DNA from: Mobula hypostoma | Lineage: Eukaryota | Direction: 5' to 3' | Length of the DNA stretch: 64,000 bases | Assembly (NCBI RefSeq): GCF_963921235.1 | Contig: NC_086098.1 | Location: forward strand, 1,612,001 to 1,676,000 | In this document: positions 36,785 through 50,086 of the stretch, one piece after another | Position numbering within the stretch: position 1 is the first letter of the stretch | How the letters are laid out: every line of letters begins with the position of its first letter | Notes under the pieces: generated by a model | Seen by the model: the letters and a program-made list of their open reading frames with translations, nothing else | Database searches by the model: none | What the model was told of the DNA's origin: nothing | Translations under genes and position numbers: made by a program

Positions 36785-38030
36785 TAGAACCATAGAACCA
36801 TAGAACATTACAGCACAGAAACAGCCCTTTTGGCCCTTCTTGGCTGTGCGGAACCATTTATCTGCCTAGTCCCACTGACCTGCACCTGGACCACATCCTT
36901 CCATACACCTCTCATCCATGTACCTGTCCAAGTTTTTCTTAAATGTTAAAAGTGAGCTGGCATTTACCACTTCATCTGGCAGCTCATTCCACACTCCCAC
37001 CACTCTCTGTGTGAAGAAGCCCCCCCCCCGAATACTCCCTTTAAACTTTTCCCCCTTCATCCTCAACCCATGTCCTCTGGTTTTTTTTTCCCCTAGCCTC
37101 AGTGGAAAAAGCCTGCTTGCATTCACTCTATCTATACCCATCATAATTTTATATACCTCTATCAAATCTCCCCTCATTCCCTCATTCTTCTACGCTCCAG
37201 GGAATAAAGCCCAAACCTATTCAACCTTTCTCTGTAACTGAGTTTCTCAAGTCCCGGCAACATCCTTGTAAACCTTTTCTGCACTCTTTCAACCTTATTA
37301 ATATCCTTCCTGTAATTTGGTGACCAAAACTGAACACAATACTCCAGATTCGGCCTCACCAATGCCTTATACAACCTCATCATAACATTCCAGCTCTTAT
37401 ACTCAATACTTTGATTAATAAAGGCCAATGTACCAAAAGCAATCTTTACAACCCTATCTACCTGTGACGCCACTTTTAGGGAATTTTGTATCTGTATTCC
37501 CAGATCCCTCTGTTCCACTGCACTCCTCAGTGCCTTACCATTAACCCTGTATGTTCTACCTTGGTTAGTCCTTCCAACGTGCAATACCTCACACTTGTCA
37601 GTATTAAACTCCATCTGCCATTTTTCAGCCCATTTTTCCAGCTGGTCCAAGTCCCTCTGCAGGCTCTGAAAACCTTCCTCACTGTCTACTACACCTCCAA
37701 TCTTTGTATCATCAGCAAATTTGCTGATCCAATTTACCACATTATCATCCAGATCATTGATATAGATGACAAATAACAATGGACCCAGCACTGATCCCTG
37801 TGGCACACCACTAGTCACAGGCCTCCACTCAGAGAAGCAATTCTCTACCACCACTCTCTGGCTTCTTCCATCAAGCCAATGTCTAATCCAATTTACCAAC
37901 TCTCCATGTGTACCTAGTGACTGAATTTTCCTAACTAACCTCCCATGCGGGACCTTTTCAAAGGCCTTACTGAAGTCCATGTAGACAATATCCAGTGCCT
38001 TCTCTTCATCCACTTTCCTGGTAACCTCCT
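36785..38030 (-). mobile_element. CR1 subfamily B 3' part nested in Gypsy pol
   Basis: ORFs 37174..38088 and 36866..37177; (TAGAACCA)n tail on + strand. Confidence 0.94.
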
Positions 38031-38889
38031 TGTAAGACAAAACCCACTCATTTTGCTGTTCAAGGAGTGACCTAAGTGGTGCTGACACAGTGGGCCGTCA
38101 AGGGGTGAACTCAGCCAGGTAAGTCACCATCTCCAAGAAATGTCTCACTTCTTTCTTGTTTTGGGGCCTCTCCATATTTTAAATGGCTGACGTCTCTCTT
38201 GTGTCAATCTTCACTCCCTCTTCCGATATGACATCTCCTATGAAAGTCAATGCTAAACTCACATTTCTCTTCATTTAATTTCAAACTGGCATTCTATGTC
38301 ACGTCAAGCACCTGTCTCAGTTATGCATCCATCATGGTCTCGACACCAGATATGCCCTCAAAGATTACGTGGATGGTCTTATGGTAGACTTCTGTTGAGG
38401 ACAGAATCCCAGTTTTTGGGAGTTCACTACCTAACACTGCAAGAGTAAAACATAGGCTAGCTTGTCTAATCTAAACAATCCCTTCAGTTAATGGGCTCGA
38501 CTGGTTTACAACTCATAAAAATGAGGATTATAGACACAGGAATTTCAAACAGTTTCATTTATTTTCACTCACACTGTTACATCGGTTTGTAGACAGCAGA
38601 ATGACTCCAAAAGACCTGAGGGACAGTTTGGAGCAATAACTGGCACACCAATGATGAGTTGGAGTGCTATGAGAGAGGAGGCACACAGGTCTGGGAGTGA
38701 AGTTTGAAAGGGGAAAGCTTCACGGGAACTTGGCTATAACCGGCGCACCAATCGTGTGTTGGAGAGCAGGGAAGGTTCAGGCACAAAAGGGAGACACTGC
38801 CCAGTGGAGTGGTCATTGATGGAGTGGTCTGAGGCAGAGTGGTAGGGCTTTGGCGTGGTAAGTGGGTAAGTGGACTTTGTTTTTTTCTT

Positions 38890-39400
38890 CGCAAACAACA
38901 GGAATTCTGCAGATGCTGGAAATTCAAGCAACACACATCAAAGTTGCTGGTGAACGCAGCAGGCCAGACAGCATCTGTAGGAAGAGGTACAGTCGACGTT
39001 TCAGGCCGAGACCCTTCGTCAGGACTAACTGAAGGAAGAGTGAGTAAGGGATTTGAAAGCTGGAGGGGGAGGGGGAGATGCAAAATGATAGGAGAAGACA
39101 GGAGGGGGAGGGATAGAGCCGAGAGCTGGACAGGTGATAGGCAAAAGGGGATACGAGAGGATCATGGGACAGGAGGTCCGGGAAGAAAGACGGGGGGGGG
39201 TGACCCAGAGGATGGGCAAGAGGTATATTCAGAGGGACAGAAGGAGAAAAAGGAGAGTGAGAGAAAGAATGTGTGCATAAAAATGAGTAACAGCTGGGGT
39301 ACGAGGGGGAGGTGGGGCCTAGCGGAAGTTAGAGAAGTCAATGTTCATGCCATCAGGTTGGAGGCTACCCAGACGGAATATAAGGTGTTGTTCCTCCAAC
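38890..39400 (-). mobile_element. Penelope 3' end with pLTR, inserted in a CR1 5' UTR
   Basis: Reverse complement of ~34608-35086; TSD CTTTGTTTTTTTCTT at 38875-38889 and 39401-39415. Confidence 0.93.
38991..39026 (-). ncRNA. Minimal type-I hammerhead ribozyme
   Basis: Exact reverse complement of 34988-35023. Confidence 0.85.
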
Positions 39401-42034
39401 CTTTGTTTTTTTCTTGTTTTTTTTTGAGGAATAGAGAGCATGTGTGTAGGGTTAGTACTTTGCTCTGGGTGTCAGTTGTGGGAATCCTGGGAATCTTCCA
39501 GTCTCCTAGATGGCCACATCTGCCCCAGGTGCACCGAGATGCAGCTCCTGAGAGACCGTGTTAGGGATCTGGAGCTGTGGCTTGATGACCTACTGCTTAT
39601 TAGGGGAAGTGAGCAGGAGATAGATTGGAGCTACAGGGAGTTAGTCACCCCGAGGCTGCAGGAGTTAGACAAATGTGTGACTGTCAGGGAAGGGAAGGGA
39701 AGGGAAGAGCTCAGATAGTAGAGAGCACCCCTGTGACTATTGCCCTCAGTAATTGTTATCTCGTTTTGGATGCTATTGGGGGGGCGGGGGGGTGACCTGA
39801 CAGAGGACGACCATGGTGATCAGGTCTCTGGCATTGAGCCTGGTTCTGTGATGCAGAAGGGAGAGTGGAAGATGAGAAACGTTGTAGTCATAGGGGAATC
39901 CATAGTGAGGGGAACAGGCAGGAAGTTCTGTCAACCTGATAGAGATACCTACATGGTGCGTTGCCTCGCAGGTGCCAGGGTACGGGATGTCTCGGATCGG
40001 GTGCAGAGTATTCTGAAGGGAGAGGGTGAACAGCCAGACGTCTTGGTACACGTTGACAATGACATATGTAGAAAAAGGGAGGAGGTCCTAAAGAAAGAAT
40101 TCAGGGAGCGTTTAAGCTAATTCGGCAGGGTGATGGGAACCAGAGTGATAGGGCTGAAGAAGGGAAAAACAGAAATAAATCAAAGATAGCATGCAATGGA
40201 GATGATAGGAAGGACAGGCAGGAGATGAGGCATAATCACAGCCAGTGGGATGATTTACAACAGAAAGCAACAAGTATTGTACTGAATGTGTTATATTTGA
40301 GTGCATGCAGCATAAGAAATAAAATGGATGATCGTGAAATTCAGCCACAAAATGGCAAGTATGACGTTGTGGCCATCTCTGAAAATTGGCTAAAGGATGG
40401 CTGCCATTGGGAGCTGAACATCCAAGGATAGACAGTGTATCAGAAAGATAGGTTAGTAGGCAGAGGGGGTGGTGTGGCCCTGAGTATAAGAAATAATATT
40501 AAATCATTAGAAAGTGATGGCATCGGATTGGAAGGTGTAGAGTCTCTATGGGTTGAGTTAAGAAATGACAAGGGTAAAAGGACCCTAATGGCAGTTGTAT
40601 ACAGGGCTCCAAACAGCAGCCGGAATGTGGATTACAAATTACAGCAGGAGATAGAAAAGGCGTGCCAGAAGGGCAATGTCATGATAATCATTGGCGTATT
40701 ATGTGCCGTTTTGGGCTCCTTATTTTAGAAAAGATATACTGACATTGGAGAGGGTTCAGAGAAGATTCACGAGAATGATTCCATGAATAAAAGGGTTACT
40801 GTATGAGGAATGTCTGGAAGCTCTTGGGCTGTATTCCCCGGAGTTCAGGAGAATGAAGGGGGATCTCATAGAAACATTCTGAATGTTAAAAGGCCTGAAC
40901 AGATTAGATATGTCAAAGTTATTTCCCATGGTAGGGGAGTCCAGGACAAGAGGGCATAACTTCAAGATTGAAGGACATCCACTTAGAACAGAGATGTGGA
41001 GAAATTACTCGTTGCACGTGTCGGGGCGGGAGAAATCACTTTAGTCAGAGGGTGGTAAATCTGTGGAATTTGTTGCCACGAGCAGCTGTGGAGGCCAAGT
41101 CATTGGGTGTATTTAAGGCAGAGATAGATAGGTTGTTAATTAGCCAGGGCATCAAGGGGTATGAGGTGAAAGCAGGGGAGTTGGGATGACTGGTGAATTG
41201 GATCAGCCCCTTAGTTAATGGCAGAGCAGACTTGATGGGCCAAATGGCCTACTTCTGCACCTATATCTTATGGTCTTATGGACTTAAAATAATGTCTGGG
41301 TTAATGGGAGCAGGCGAAATACACCCAATGCAGGCAACATCACTGGTGAGGAGACATTATTCTTTTATGTTTATCCGAGCATGTGGACAGTGATCTATGG
41401 GTTTAAATAAGGCATTTGTTGTGGAATAAAACAGAAGGATATTAGAATCCCTGTTTAAAATGTTCCACTTCTGCATCCGAAATAATTATTATGGTCTGGT
41501 CACAGGATTTACCCCCCCCCCACCACCACCACCTCAGACCACAGGTGAATTTCCTGGTCCTTCTGGGCCAGGTGGAGGCCGATTTAAACCTTCAGACTGG
41601 TTTTGCCAGAAAGGTGTGAAGGTTGGATTTGATGGTTGGTGAATAGTTTTATTGGAAAGTTAAAGATAAGGTGTATCGTGGAGAAAGCCTCTGTATGTTT
41701 GTAAATTTTTGTACATACATGTTTGTTTTCATTTGTCTGTTTGTAAATACTTATTTTCTTCATAACTTTCGGGCAGCCTTTGCACTCTTTTCACCTGACA
41801 CTAAATAAAACCCCTCGCACTAATGTGCTGTTGCGACTTACCGTTTGTTTTTTTTCCAACTGGTGACCCCCGTCAGGCATGCTTATCCACACCTGATAGA
41901 GAGGTGTGATAGTTTGTCTCTCAGTGCAAACAGAACTTTCCTGCTTGCATGGACAACAGAGCTATCGTCTCACCTACTTGGATTTTGCGTACACTGGGTA
42001 AGCATCCTAACCTCTCAAAGACATCTGCATATAG

Positions 42035-43855
42035 GTTGACATGAGGTTGCCTTGGCAGTCAAAGTGAAGGATAATCCAAAGAGCTTTTACAGGTATATTA
42101 AGAGCAAAAGGATTGTAAGGGATAAAATTGGTCCTCTTGAAGATCAGAGTGGCCGGCTATGTGCGGAACCAAAGGAAATGGGGGAGATCTTAAATAAGTT
42201 TTATGCGTCTGTATTTACTAAGGAAACTGGCATGAAGTCTATGGAATTAAGGGAAACAAGCAGTGAGATCATGGAAACTGTACAGATCGAAAAGGAGGAG
42301 GTCCTTGCTGTCTTGAGGAAAATTAAAGTGGATATATCCCCGGGACCTGACAGGGTGTTCCCTCGGACCTTGAAGGAGACTAGTGTTGAAATTGCAGGGG
42401 CCCTGGCAGAAATATTTAAAATCTCGCTGTCTACAGGTGAGGTGCCGGAGGATTGGAGAGTGGCTCATGTTGTTCTGTTGTTTAAAAAAGGATCGAAAAG
42501 TAATCTGAGAAATTATAGGCCAGTAAGTTTAATGTCGGTAGTAGGTAAGTTATTGGAGGGAGTACTAAGAGACAGAATCTACAAGCATTTGGATAGACAG
42601 GGACTTATTAGGGAGAGTCAACATGGTTTTGTGCGTGGTAGGTCATGTTTGACCAATCTATTGGAGTTTTTCGAGGGGGTTACCAGGAAAGTGGATGAAG
42701 GGAAGGCAGTGGATATTGTCTACATGGACTTCAGTAAGGCCTTTGACAAGGTCCCATATGGGAGGTTAGTTAGGAAAATTGGCTCAATGGAAGAAGCCAA
42801 AGAGTGGTAGTAGAGAATTGCTTCTCCGAGTGGAGGCCTGTGACTAGTAGTGTGCCACAGGGATCAGTGCTGGGTCCATTGTTATTTGTCATCTATATCA
42901 ATGATCTGGATGATAATGTGGTAAATTGGATCAGCAAATTTGCTGATGATACAAAGATAGGAGGTGTAGTAGACAGTGAGGAAGGTTTTCAGAGCCTGCA
43001 GAGGGATTTGGACCAGCTGGAAAAATAGGCTGAAAAATGGCAGATGGAGTTTAATACTGACAAGTGTGAGGTATTGCACGTTGGAAGGACAAACCAAGGT
43101 AGAACATACAGGGTTAATGGTAAGGTACTGAGGAGTGCAGTGGAACAGAGTGATCTGGGAATACAGATACAAAATTCCCTAAAAGTGGCGTCACAGGTAG
43201 ATAGGGTCGTAAAGAGAGCTTTTTGTACATTGGCCTTTATTAATCAAAGTATTGAGTATAAGAGCTGGAATGTTATGATGAGGTTGTATAAGGCATTGGT
43301 GAGGCCGAATCTGGAGTATTGTGTTCAGTTTTGGTCACCAAATTACAGGATGGATATGAATAAGGTTGAAAGAGTGCAGAGAAGGTTTACAAGGATGTTG
43401 CTGGGACTTGAGAAACTCAGTTACAGAGAAAGGTTGAACAGGTTAGGACTTTATTCCCTGGAGCGTAGAAGACTGAGGGGAGATTTGATAGAGGTATATA
43501 AAATTATGATGGGTATAGATAGAGTGAATGCAAGCAGGCTTTTTCCACTGAGGCAAGGGGAGAAAAAAACCAGAGGACATGGGTTAAGGGTGAGGGGGGA
43601 AAAGTTTAAAGGGAACATTAGAGGGGGCTTCTTCACACAGAGAGAGGTGGGAGTATGGAATGAGCTGCCAGACGAGGTGGTAAATGCGGGTTCTTTTTTA
43701 ACATTTAAGAATAAATTGGACATATACTTGGATGGGAGGTGTATGGAGGGATATGGTTGGTGTGCAGGTCAGTGGGACTAGGCAGAAAATGGTTCGGCAC
43801 AGCCAAGAAGGGCCAAAAGGCCTGTTTCTGTGCTGTAGTTTCTATGGTTTCTATA
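42035..43855 (+). mobile_element. CR1 subfamily B nested in Gypsy pol
   Basis: ORFs 42052..42810, 42804..43028, 43044..43781; TTCTATGG tail. Confidence 0.94.
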
Positions 43856-44074
43856 CTTCCATGAGTGAAATGTGGTCATCTTCAGTCTGTGTAATCACTA
43901 CAAAAACTCTGAGGAATCTGGCTGTCCTCACTTTTCTACAATCAATTTTCTACCTCCACATTTGCTGCATTTCCTGTTTGAGCCTAGCTCCTTGCTTCGC
44001 TGTTGCTTTGGGAAATGACTTGTTCTCTGCCTGGCCTGCTGAGTTCTCTGCCCTTCTGTTTTCACTGTTGGTTA

Positions 44075-44524
44075 TGCCTTGTGCAGTTCCTTAGCTTGTG
44101 TTTGTGTGGCCTCCACTGCCCTTCACATATTCACAGCCTTTTCTTGCATCACATCTTTTTCACAGAGCAAGCTTTCTCTGAGCCTGTTACCTGGGATTCC
44201 ACAAACTATTTTGTCTCAGACTAGTGAGTCTCTGAGACCTCCAAACTCACAGGATTGACTCAGTGTGAGAAGCTCAGCTAATTATTGGTCAAAGCTAACA
44301 CCTTGTTTCTGGTCACAAGAAAAGAACTGTACCTCTCAAAAATGACGTTTTTACTTGGGACAAAATACTCCTTGAATTTTGTCATCAGAGTGTCTGATGA
44401 AAAGGCATTCTCATCATTTGAAAGCTGTTTTAGATGTCCAAAGTATCTTCACCAATTACATGCGGAAAGGTTCAAGCTACCAATTCTTCATCCACGCCTC
44501 CAGCTGTGCTTGTCGCTAAATATT
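44075..44524 (-). pseudogene. Gypsy gag remnant (N-terminus continues at ~55478-55530)
   Basis: My translation: 'HVIGEDTLDI...KFKEYFVPSKNVIFERY...CEFGGLRDSLV*DKIVCGI...LRESLL'; 'CFKQRFNIY' near 55480-55510. Confidence 0.8.
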
Positions 44525-45079
44525 GCAATTTGCCAATCACCACAATAGGTCAACAGCAGATGCCATCTCAATGGCTCTCCGTACGACCTTAGACAACCTG
44601 GACAACACAAACACCTATGTCAGGATGCTGTTCATTGACCGTAGCTCAGCATTTAACACCATCATATCCACAATCCTGATTGAGAAATTACAGAACCTTG
44701 GACTCTGTACCTGCCTCTGCAATTGGATCCTGGACTTCCTAACCAGAAGACCACAATCTGTGCAGATTGGTGATAACATCTCCTCCTTGCTGACAATCAA
44801 CACTGTCGCACCTCAGGGCTGTGTGCTTAGCCCACTGCTCTACTCTCTATATACCCATGACTGTGTGGATAGGCATAGCTCAAATATCATCTATAAATTT
44901 ACTGATGATACAACCCTTGTTGGTAGGATCTCAGGTGGTGACCAGAGGGTGAACAGGAGTGAGATATGCCAACTAGTGGAGTGGTGCCGCAGCAACAGCC
45001 TGGCACTCAACGTCAGTAAGATGAAAGAGCTGATTGTGGACTTCAGGAAGGGTAAGACGAAGGAACACACACCAATCAT

Positions 45080-47812
45080 ACGACCATAGGATATAGGAGC
45101 AGAAGTAGGCCACCTGGCCCGTCAAGTGTGCTCCGCCATTCAATCATGGGCTGATCCAGTTTTTCTAGTCATCCCCACTCCCCTGCTTTCACCCCATACC
45201 TTTTGATGCCATGGCTAATCAAGAACCTATCTATCTCTGCCTTAAATACACCCAATGACATGGCTTCCACAGCTGCTGTGGCATCAAATTCCACAGATTT
45301 ACCACCCTCTGAGTAAAGAAATTTCTTTGCATCTCAGTTCTAAATGGACATCTTCAATCCTGAAGTCCTGCCCTCTTTGTCTTAGACTCCCCTACCATGG
45401 GAAGTAACTTTGCCATATCTAATCTGTTCAGGCCTTTTATCATTTGGAATGTTTCTATGAGATCCCCCCTCATTCTCCTGAACTCCAGGGAATACAGCCC
45501 AAGAACTGCCAAACGTTTCACATACGGTAACCCTTTCATTCTCGCGTGAACATTCTCTGAACTCTCTCCAGTATATCCTTTCTACAATAAGGAGCCCAGA
45601 ACTGCACACAATACTCCAAGTGTGGTCTCACGAGTGCCTTGTAGAGCCTCAACATCACATCCCTGCTCTTATATTCTGTACCTCTAGAAATGAATGCCAC
45701 CTTCACCTTCTTCACAACTGACTCAACCTGGAGGTTAACCATTAGGGTATCTTGCACAAGGACTCCCAAGTCCCTTTGCATCTCTGCATTTTGAATTCTC
45801 TCCCCATCTAAATAATAGTCTGCCCATTTATTTCTTCCACCAAAGTGCATGACCATACACTTTCCAACATTGTATTTTAGTTGACACTTCTTCGCCCATT
45901 ACCCTAAACTATCTAAGTCCCTCTGCAGGCTCTCTGTTTCCTCAACAGTAACCACTCCTCCACCTATCATTGGCAAACTTAGCCACAAATCTATTAATAC
46001 TGTAGCCCAAATCATTGACATACATCGTAAGAAGCAGCGGTCCCAACAACGACCCCTGTAGAACTCCACTGGTAACCTGCAGCCAGCCAGAATAGGATCC
46101 CTTTATTCCCACTCACTGTTTTCTGCCGACCAGTCAATGTTCCACCCACGCTAGTAACTTCCCTGGAATTCCATGGGCTCTTATCTTGCTAAGCAGCCTC
46201 ATGTGTGGCACCTTGTCAAAAGCCTTCTGAAAATCCAAGTACACCACATCTACTGCATTTTTGTCTACCCTGCTTGTAAGTTCCTCAAAGAATTGCAGTA
46301 GGTTTGTCAGGCAGGATTTTCCTTTCAGGAAACCATGCTGACTTTGGCCTATCTTGTCATGTGCCTCCAGGTACTCCGTAATCTCATCCCTAACAATCAA
46401 TTCCAACTTCCCAACCACTGATGTCAGGCTAACAGGTCTATAGTTTCCTTTCAGCTGCCTCCTACCCTTCTTAAATAGTGGAGTAACATCTGCAATTTTG
46501 CAGTCAGCCGGTACAATGCCAGAATCTAACGTTTCTTGAAAGATCATTGTCAATGCCTCCGCAATCTCTCCAACTACTTCCTTCAGAACCCGAGGGCTCA
46601 TTCCATCATTCCATCATTCCATCAGGTCCAGGAGATTTATCCACCCTCAGACCATTAAGCTTCCTGAGCACCTTCTCAGTCATAATTTTCACAGCACAAA
46701 CTTCACTTCCTGACACTCTTGAACATCCGGTATACTGCTTCCACTGTGAAGACTGATGCAAAATACGCATTCAGTTCCTCTGCCAACTTTGCATCTCTCA
46801 TTACAATATCTCCAGCGTCATTTTCTATTGGTCCTATATCTACCCTCCACTCTCTTTTACCCTTCATATACTTAAAAAAGCTTTTAGTATCTTATTTGAT
46901 ATTAGTTGCCAGCTTCCTCTCATAATTCATCTTTTCCTTCCTAATTGACCTTCTCAGTTTCCTTCTGCAAGTTTTTACAAGCTCCCCAATCCTCTATCTT
47001 CCCACTAACTCTGACCTCCTTTTATATCCTCTCTTTTGCTTTTACTTTGGCTCTTGTCAGCCATGGTAGTGTCCTTCATCCCTTTGAAAATTTCTTATTA
47101 TTTGGAATATATCTGTCTTGTACTTCCCTCACTTTTCGCAGAAACTCCAGCCATTGCTGTTCTGCTGTCTTTCCTGCAAATGTCCCTTTCCAGTCAAATT
47201 CAGCCAGTTCCACTCTCATGCTATTGTAATTTCCTTATTGCACTGAAATACCAACACATTGGATTTTATTTTTTCCCTCTCAAATTCCAATGTGAACTCG
47301 ATCATATTGTGATCACTGTTCCCTAAGGGTTCCTCAGCCTTAAGCTCTCTTATCACATCCGGATCATTTGCACAACACCCAGTCCAGCGCAGCCAATAGC
47401 CAATAGACAATAGGCAATAGGTGCAGGAGTAGGCCATTCGGCACTTCGAGCCAGCACCGCCATTCACTGTGATCATGGCTGATTATCCACAGTCAGTATC
47501 CAGTTCCAGCTGATCCCCCAGTAGGCTCAACAACATGCTATTCTAAAAAAAACATCCCTTAGATGTTCTACAAATTCTCTCCCTTGAGGTCCAGTACTGG
47601 CCTGGTTTTCCCAATCCAGTTTCATGTTAAAATCCCCAATGATTATCATGACATTGCTCTTCTGACACGCCTTTTCTATCTCCTGTTGTAATTTGTAATC
47701 CACATCCCGGCTGCTGTTTGGAGCCCTGTATACAACTGCTATTAGGATCCTTTTACCCTTGTCATTTCTTAACTCAACCCACAGAGTATCTACACCTTCC
47801 AATCCTATGTCA
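45080..47812 (-). mobile_element. CR1 (APE-RT-3' UTR), with a CR1 tail fragment nested at ~47394-47525
   Basis: ORFs 47527..47802, 46134..46601, 45536..45856, 45354..45539. Confidence 0.9.
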
Positions 47813-48151
47813 TCAATGTATCGTGGAGAGCATTCTGACAGGCTGCATCACTATCTGGTATTGGGGAGGGGGGCTACTGCACAGGACCGGAAGAAGCTGC
47901 AGAGGGTCGTAAGTTTAGTTGGCTCCATCTTGGGTACTAGCCTACAGAATACTCAGGACATCTTTAGGTGTCTCAGAAAGGCAGCGTCCATTATTAAGGA
48001 CCTCCAGCACCCAGGACATGCCCATTTCTCACTGTTAGCATCAGGTCGGAGGTACAGAAGCCTGAAGGTACAAACTCAGCAATTCAGGAACAGCTTCTTC
48101 CCCTCTGCCATTGAACCTGTGAACGCTACCTTATTTTTTTAATATATGTTA

Positions 48152-48305
48152 TAGGTTGACCTTCACTAATCTGACTGCCAGTAATCTGGTTCCTTCGATA
48201 ATCCGGCACTGATTATGCTTAATGTGATCCCTCTGTAATTCAGCATTTTCACTAATCCGGCACTCCTCAGGTCCCAATGGTGCCGGATTAGTGAAGGTTA
48301 ACTTG
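48152..48305. mobile_element. Tigger/pogo-like MITE
   Basis: TIRs GTTGACCTTCACTAATC ... GATTAGTGAAGGTTAAC; internal repeats of TAATCCGGCACT. Confidence 0.7.
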
Positions 48306-49245
48306 GTATTTCTGTTTTTTGCACGATTTTTAATCTACTCAATATACGTATGTATGTATGTATGTATGTATTTATTATTATTATTATTTTTTTTTCTTCT
48401 TCTATATAAAACATAGAACATAAAATAGTACAGCACATTACAGGCCCTTCAGCCCACAATGTTGTGCTGACCCTCAAACCCTGCCTCCCATATAAGCCCC
48501 CACCTTAAATTCCTCCATATACCTGTCTAGTAGTCTCTTAAACTTCACTAGTGTATCTGCCTCCACCACTGACTCAGGCAGTGCATTCCACGCACCAACC
48601 ACTCTCTGAGTAAAAAACCTTCCTCTAATATCCCCCTTGAACTTCCCACCCCTTACCTTAAAGCCAAGTCCTCTTTCATTGAGCAGTGGTGCCCTAGGGA
48701 AGAGGCGCTGGCTATCCACTCTATCTATTCCTCTTATTATCTTGTACACCTCTATCATGTCTCCTCTCATCCTCCTTCTCTCAAAAGAGTAAAGCCCTAG
48801 CTTCCTTAATCTCTGATCATAATGCATACTCTCTAAACCAGGCAGCATCCTGGTAAATCTCCTCTGTACCCTTTCCAATGCTTCTACATCCTTCCCATAG
48901 TGAGGTGACCAGAACTGGACACAGTACTCCAAGTGTGGCCTAAACAGAGTTTTATAGAGCTGCATCATTATATCGCGACTCTTAAACGCTATCCCTCGAC
49001 TTATGAAAGCTAACACCCCATAAGCTTTCTTAACTACCCTATCTGGCTGTGAGGCAACTTTCAGGGATCTGTGGACATGTACCCTCAGATACCTCTGCTC
49101 CTCCACACTACCAAGTATCCTGCCATTTACTTTGTACTCTGCCTTGGAGTTTGTCCTTCCAAAGTGTACCACCTCACTCTTCTCCGGGTTGAACTCCATC
49201 TGCCACTTCTCAGCCCACTTCTGCATCAACGTCTCTCTGCAATCT

Positions 49246-49870
49246 GATGGCGGGAGGAGAAGATGGCAGCGTGCCGTGCGTGCGCAGCACTCCGCTGAAA
49301 ATGATATTGTATCCGTTAAATAGGGGCCATGGACAGTTCTGATTTGATGGAGAATGGACATGAAAGCACAGAGGAACATCTGGAAAAATTTCTGGAACGC
49401 CTGTTCGCTGCTGTCGTTACTGTGTGGTCGTGAATCTTTCGGAGGTTAGTCCTCAAAATCCCCGGCCTTGCCTGCTTTTGGCGACCAAGAAGGAGGTCGA
49501 ATCGTTTGGACAGAGATGCCGCTCAGTACTTGGTGTCGGAGAGCTGATCAGAGCTCGAAGTTTTTGGATGACTCAGAGTCGGACCGTGGTCGGGTATGGC
49601 AGGGAGAGTTTTTCTTCCTTCTCCTGTCTGCGTGAGCTGTGGGACATTTGAGAAACTTTGAATTTTACTGTGCTCATGGACTTCTTCATCAAGTTTTGGT
49701 ATTGTTACACTGTTTGTAACTATACGTTATAATTATGAATTATGTGGTTTTGTCAGTTTTTCAGTCTTGGTTTGTCCTATGTTTTGCGATATCACACCGG
49801 TGGAAATATTGTATCATTTCTTAATGCATGCATTACTAAATGACAATAAAAGAGGACTATGTGTCTTCAT
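49246..49870 (+). mobile_element. Non-autonomous LINE-derived element without ORF
   Basis: AATCT at 49241-49245 and 49871-49875; GC-rich head with AAGATGGCAGCG; T-rich tail with AATAAA; interrupts CR1 RT. Confidence 0.7.
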
Positions 49871-49935
49871 AATCTTCGACAATCCTCTACACTATCTACA
49901 ACGCCTCCAACCTTTGTATCGTCTGCAAACTTGCC

Positions 49936-50068
49936 ACGATGAGTCTCGGCCTGAAACATCAACTGCACCTCTTCCTATAGATGCTGCCTGGCCTGCTGCA
50001 TTCACCAGCAACTTTGATGTATGTTGCTTGAATTTCCAGCATCTGCAGAATTCCTGTTGTTTGCGTTT
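49936..50068 (+). mobile_element. Penelope pLTR fragment truncated inside the hammerhead
   Basis: GTCTCGGCCTGAAACATCAACT matches 35002-35023 with CpG decay. Confidence 0.85.
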
Positions 50069-50086
50069 AACTTCTACCCCAAAATC

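Larger units (their letters stand above)
35280..38410 (-). pseudogene. Gypsy pol remnants (RT, RNase H, integrase)
   Basis: IN 'RHGVPREVVSDNGPEF', 'HEGHLGEEKCKQRA'; RNase H 'DASWFGLGAVLQQ...YAQIEKE'; RT remnants ~38031-38410 and ~41880-42032. Confidence 0.9.
38780..41283 (+). mobile_element. Internally deleted CR1: 5' UTR, ORF1 (Zn finger + SGNH esterase), APE start, 3' end
   Basis: ORFs 39440..39718, 39740..40120 ('VVIGESIVRG'), 40435..40728; jumps from APE to the RT C-terminus at ~40693; CTTATGGT tail. Confidence 0.85.
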
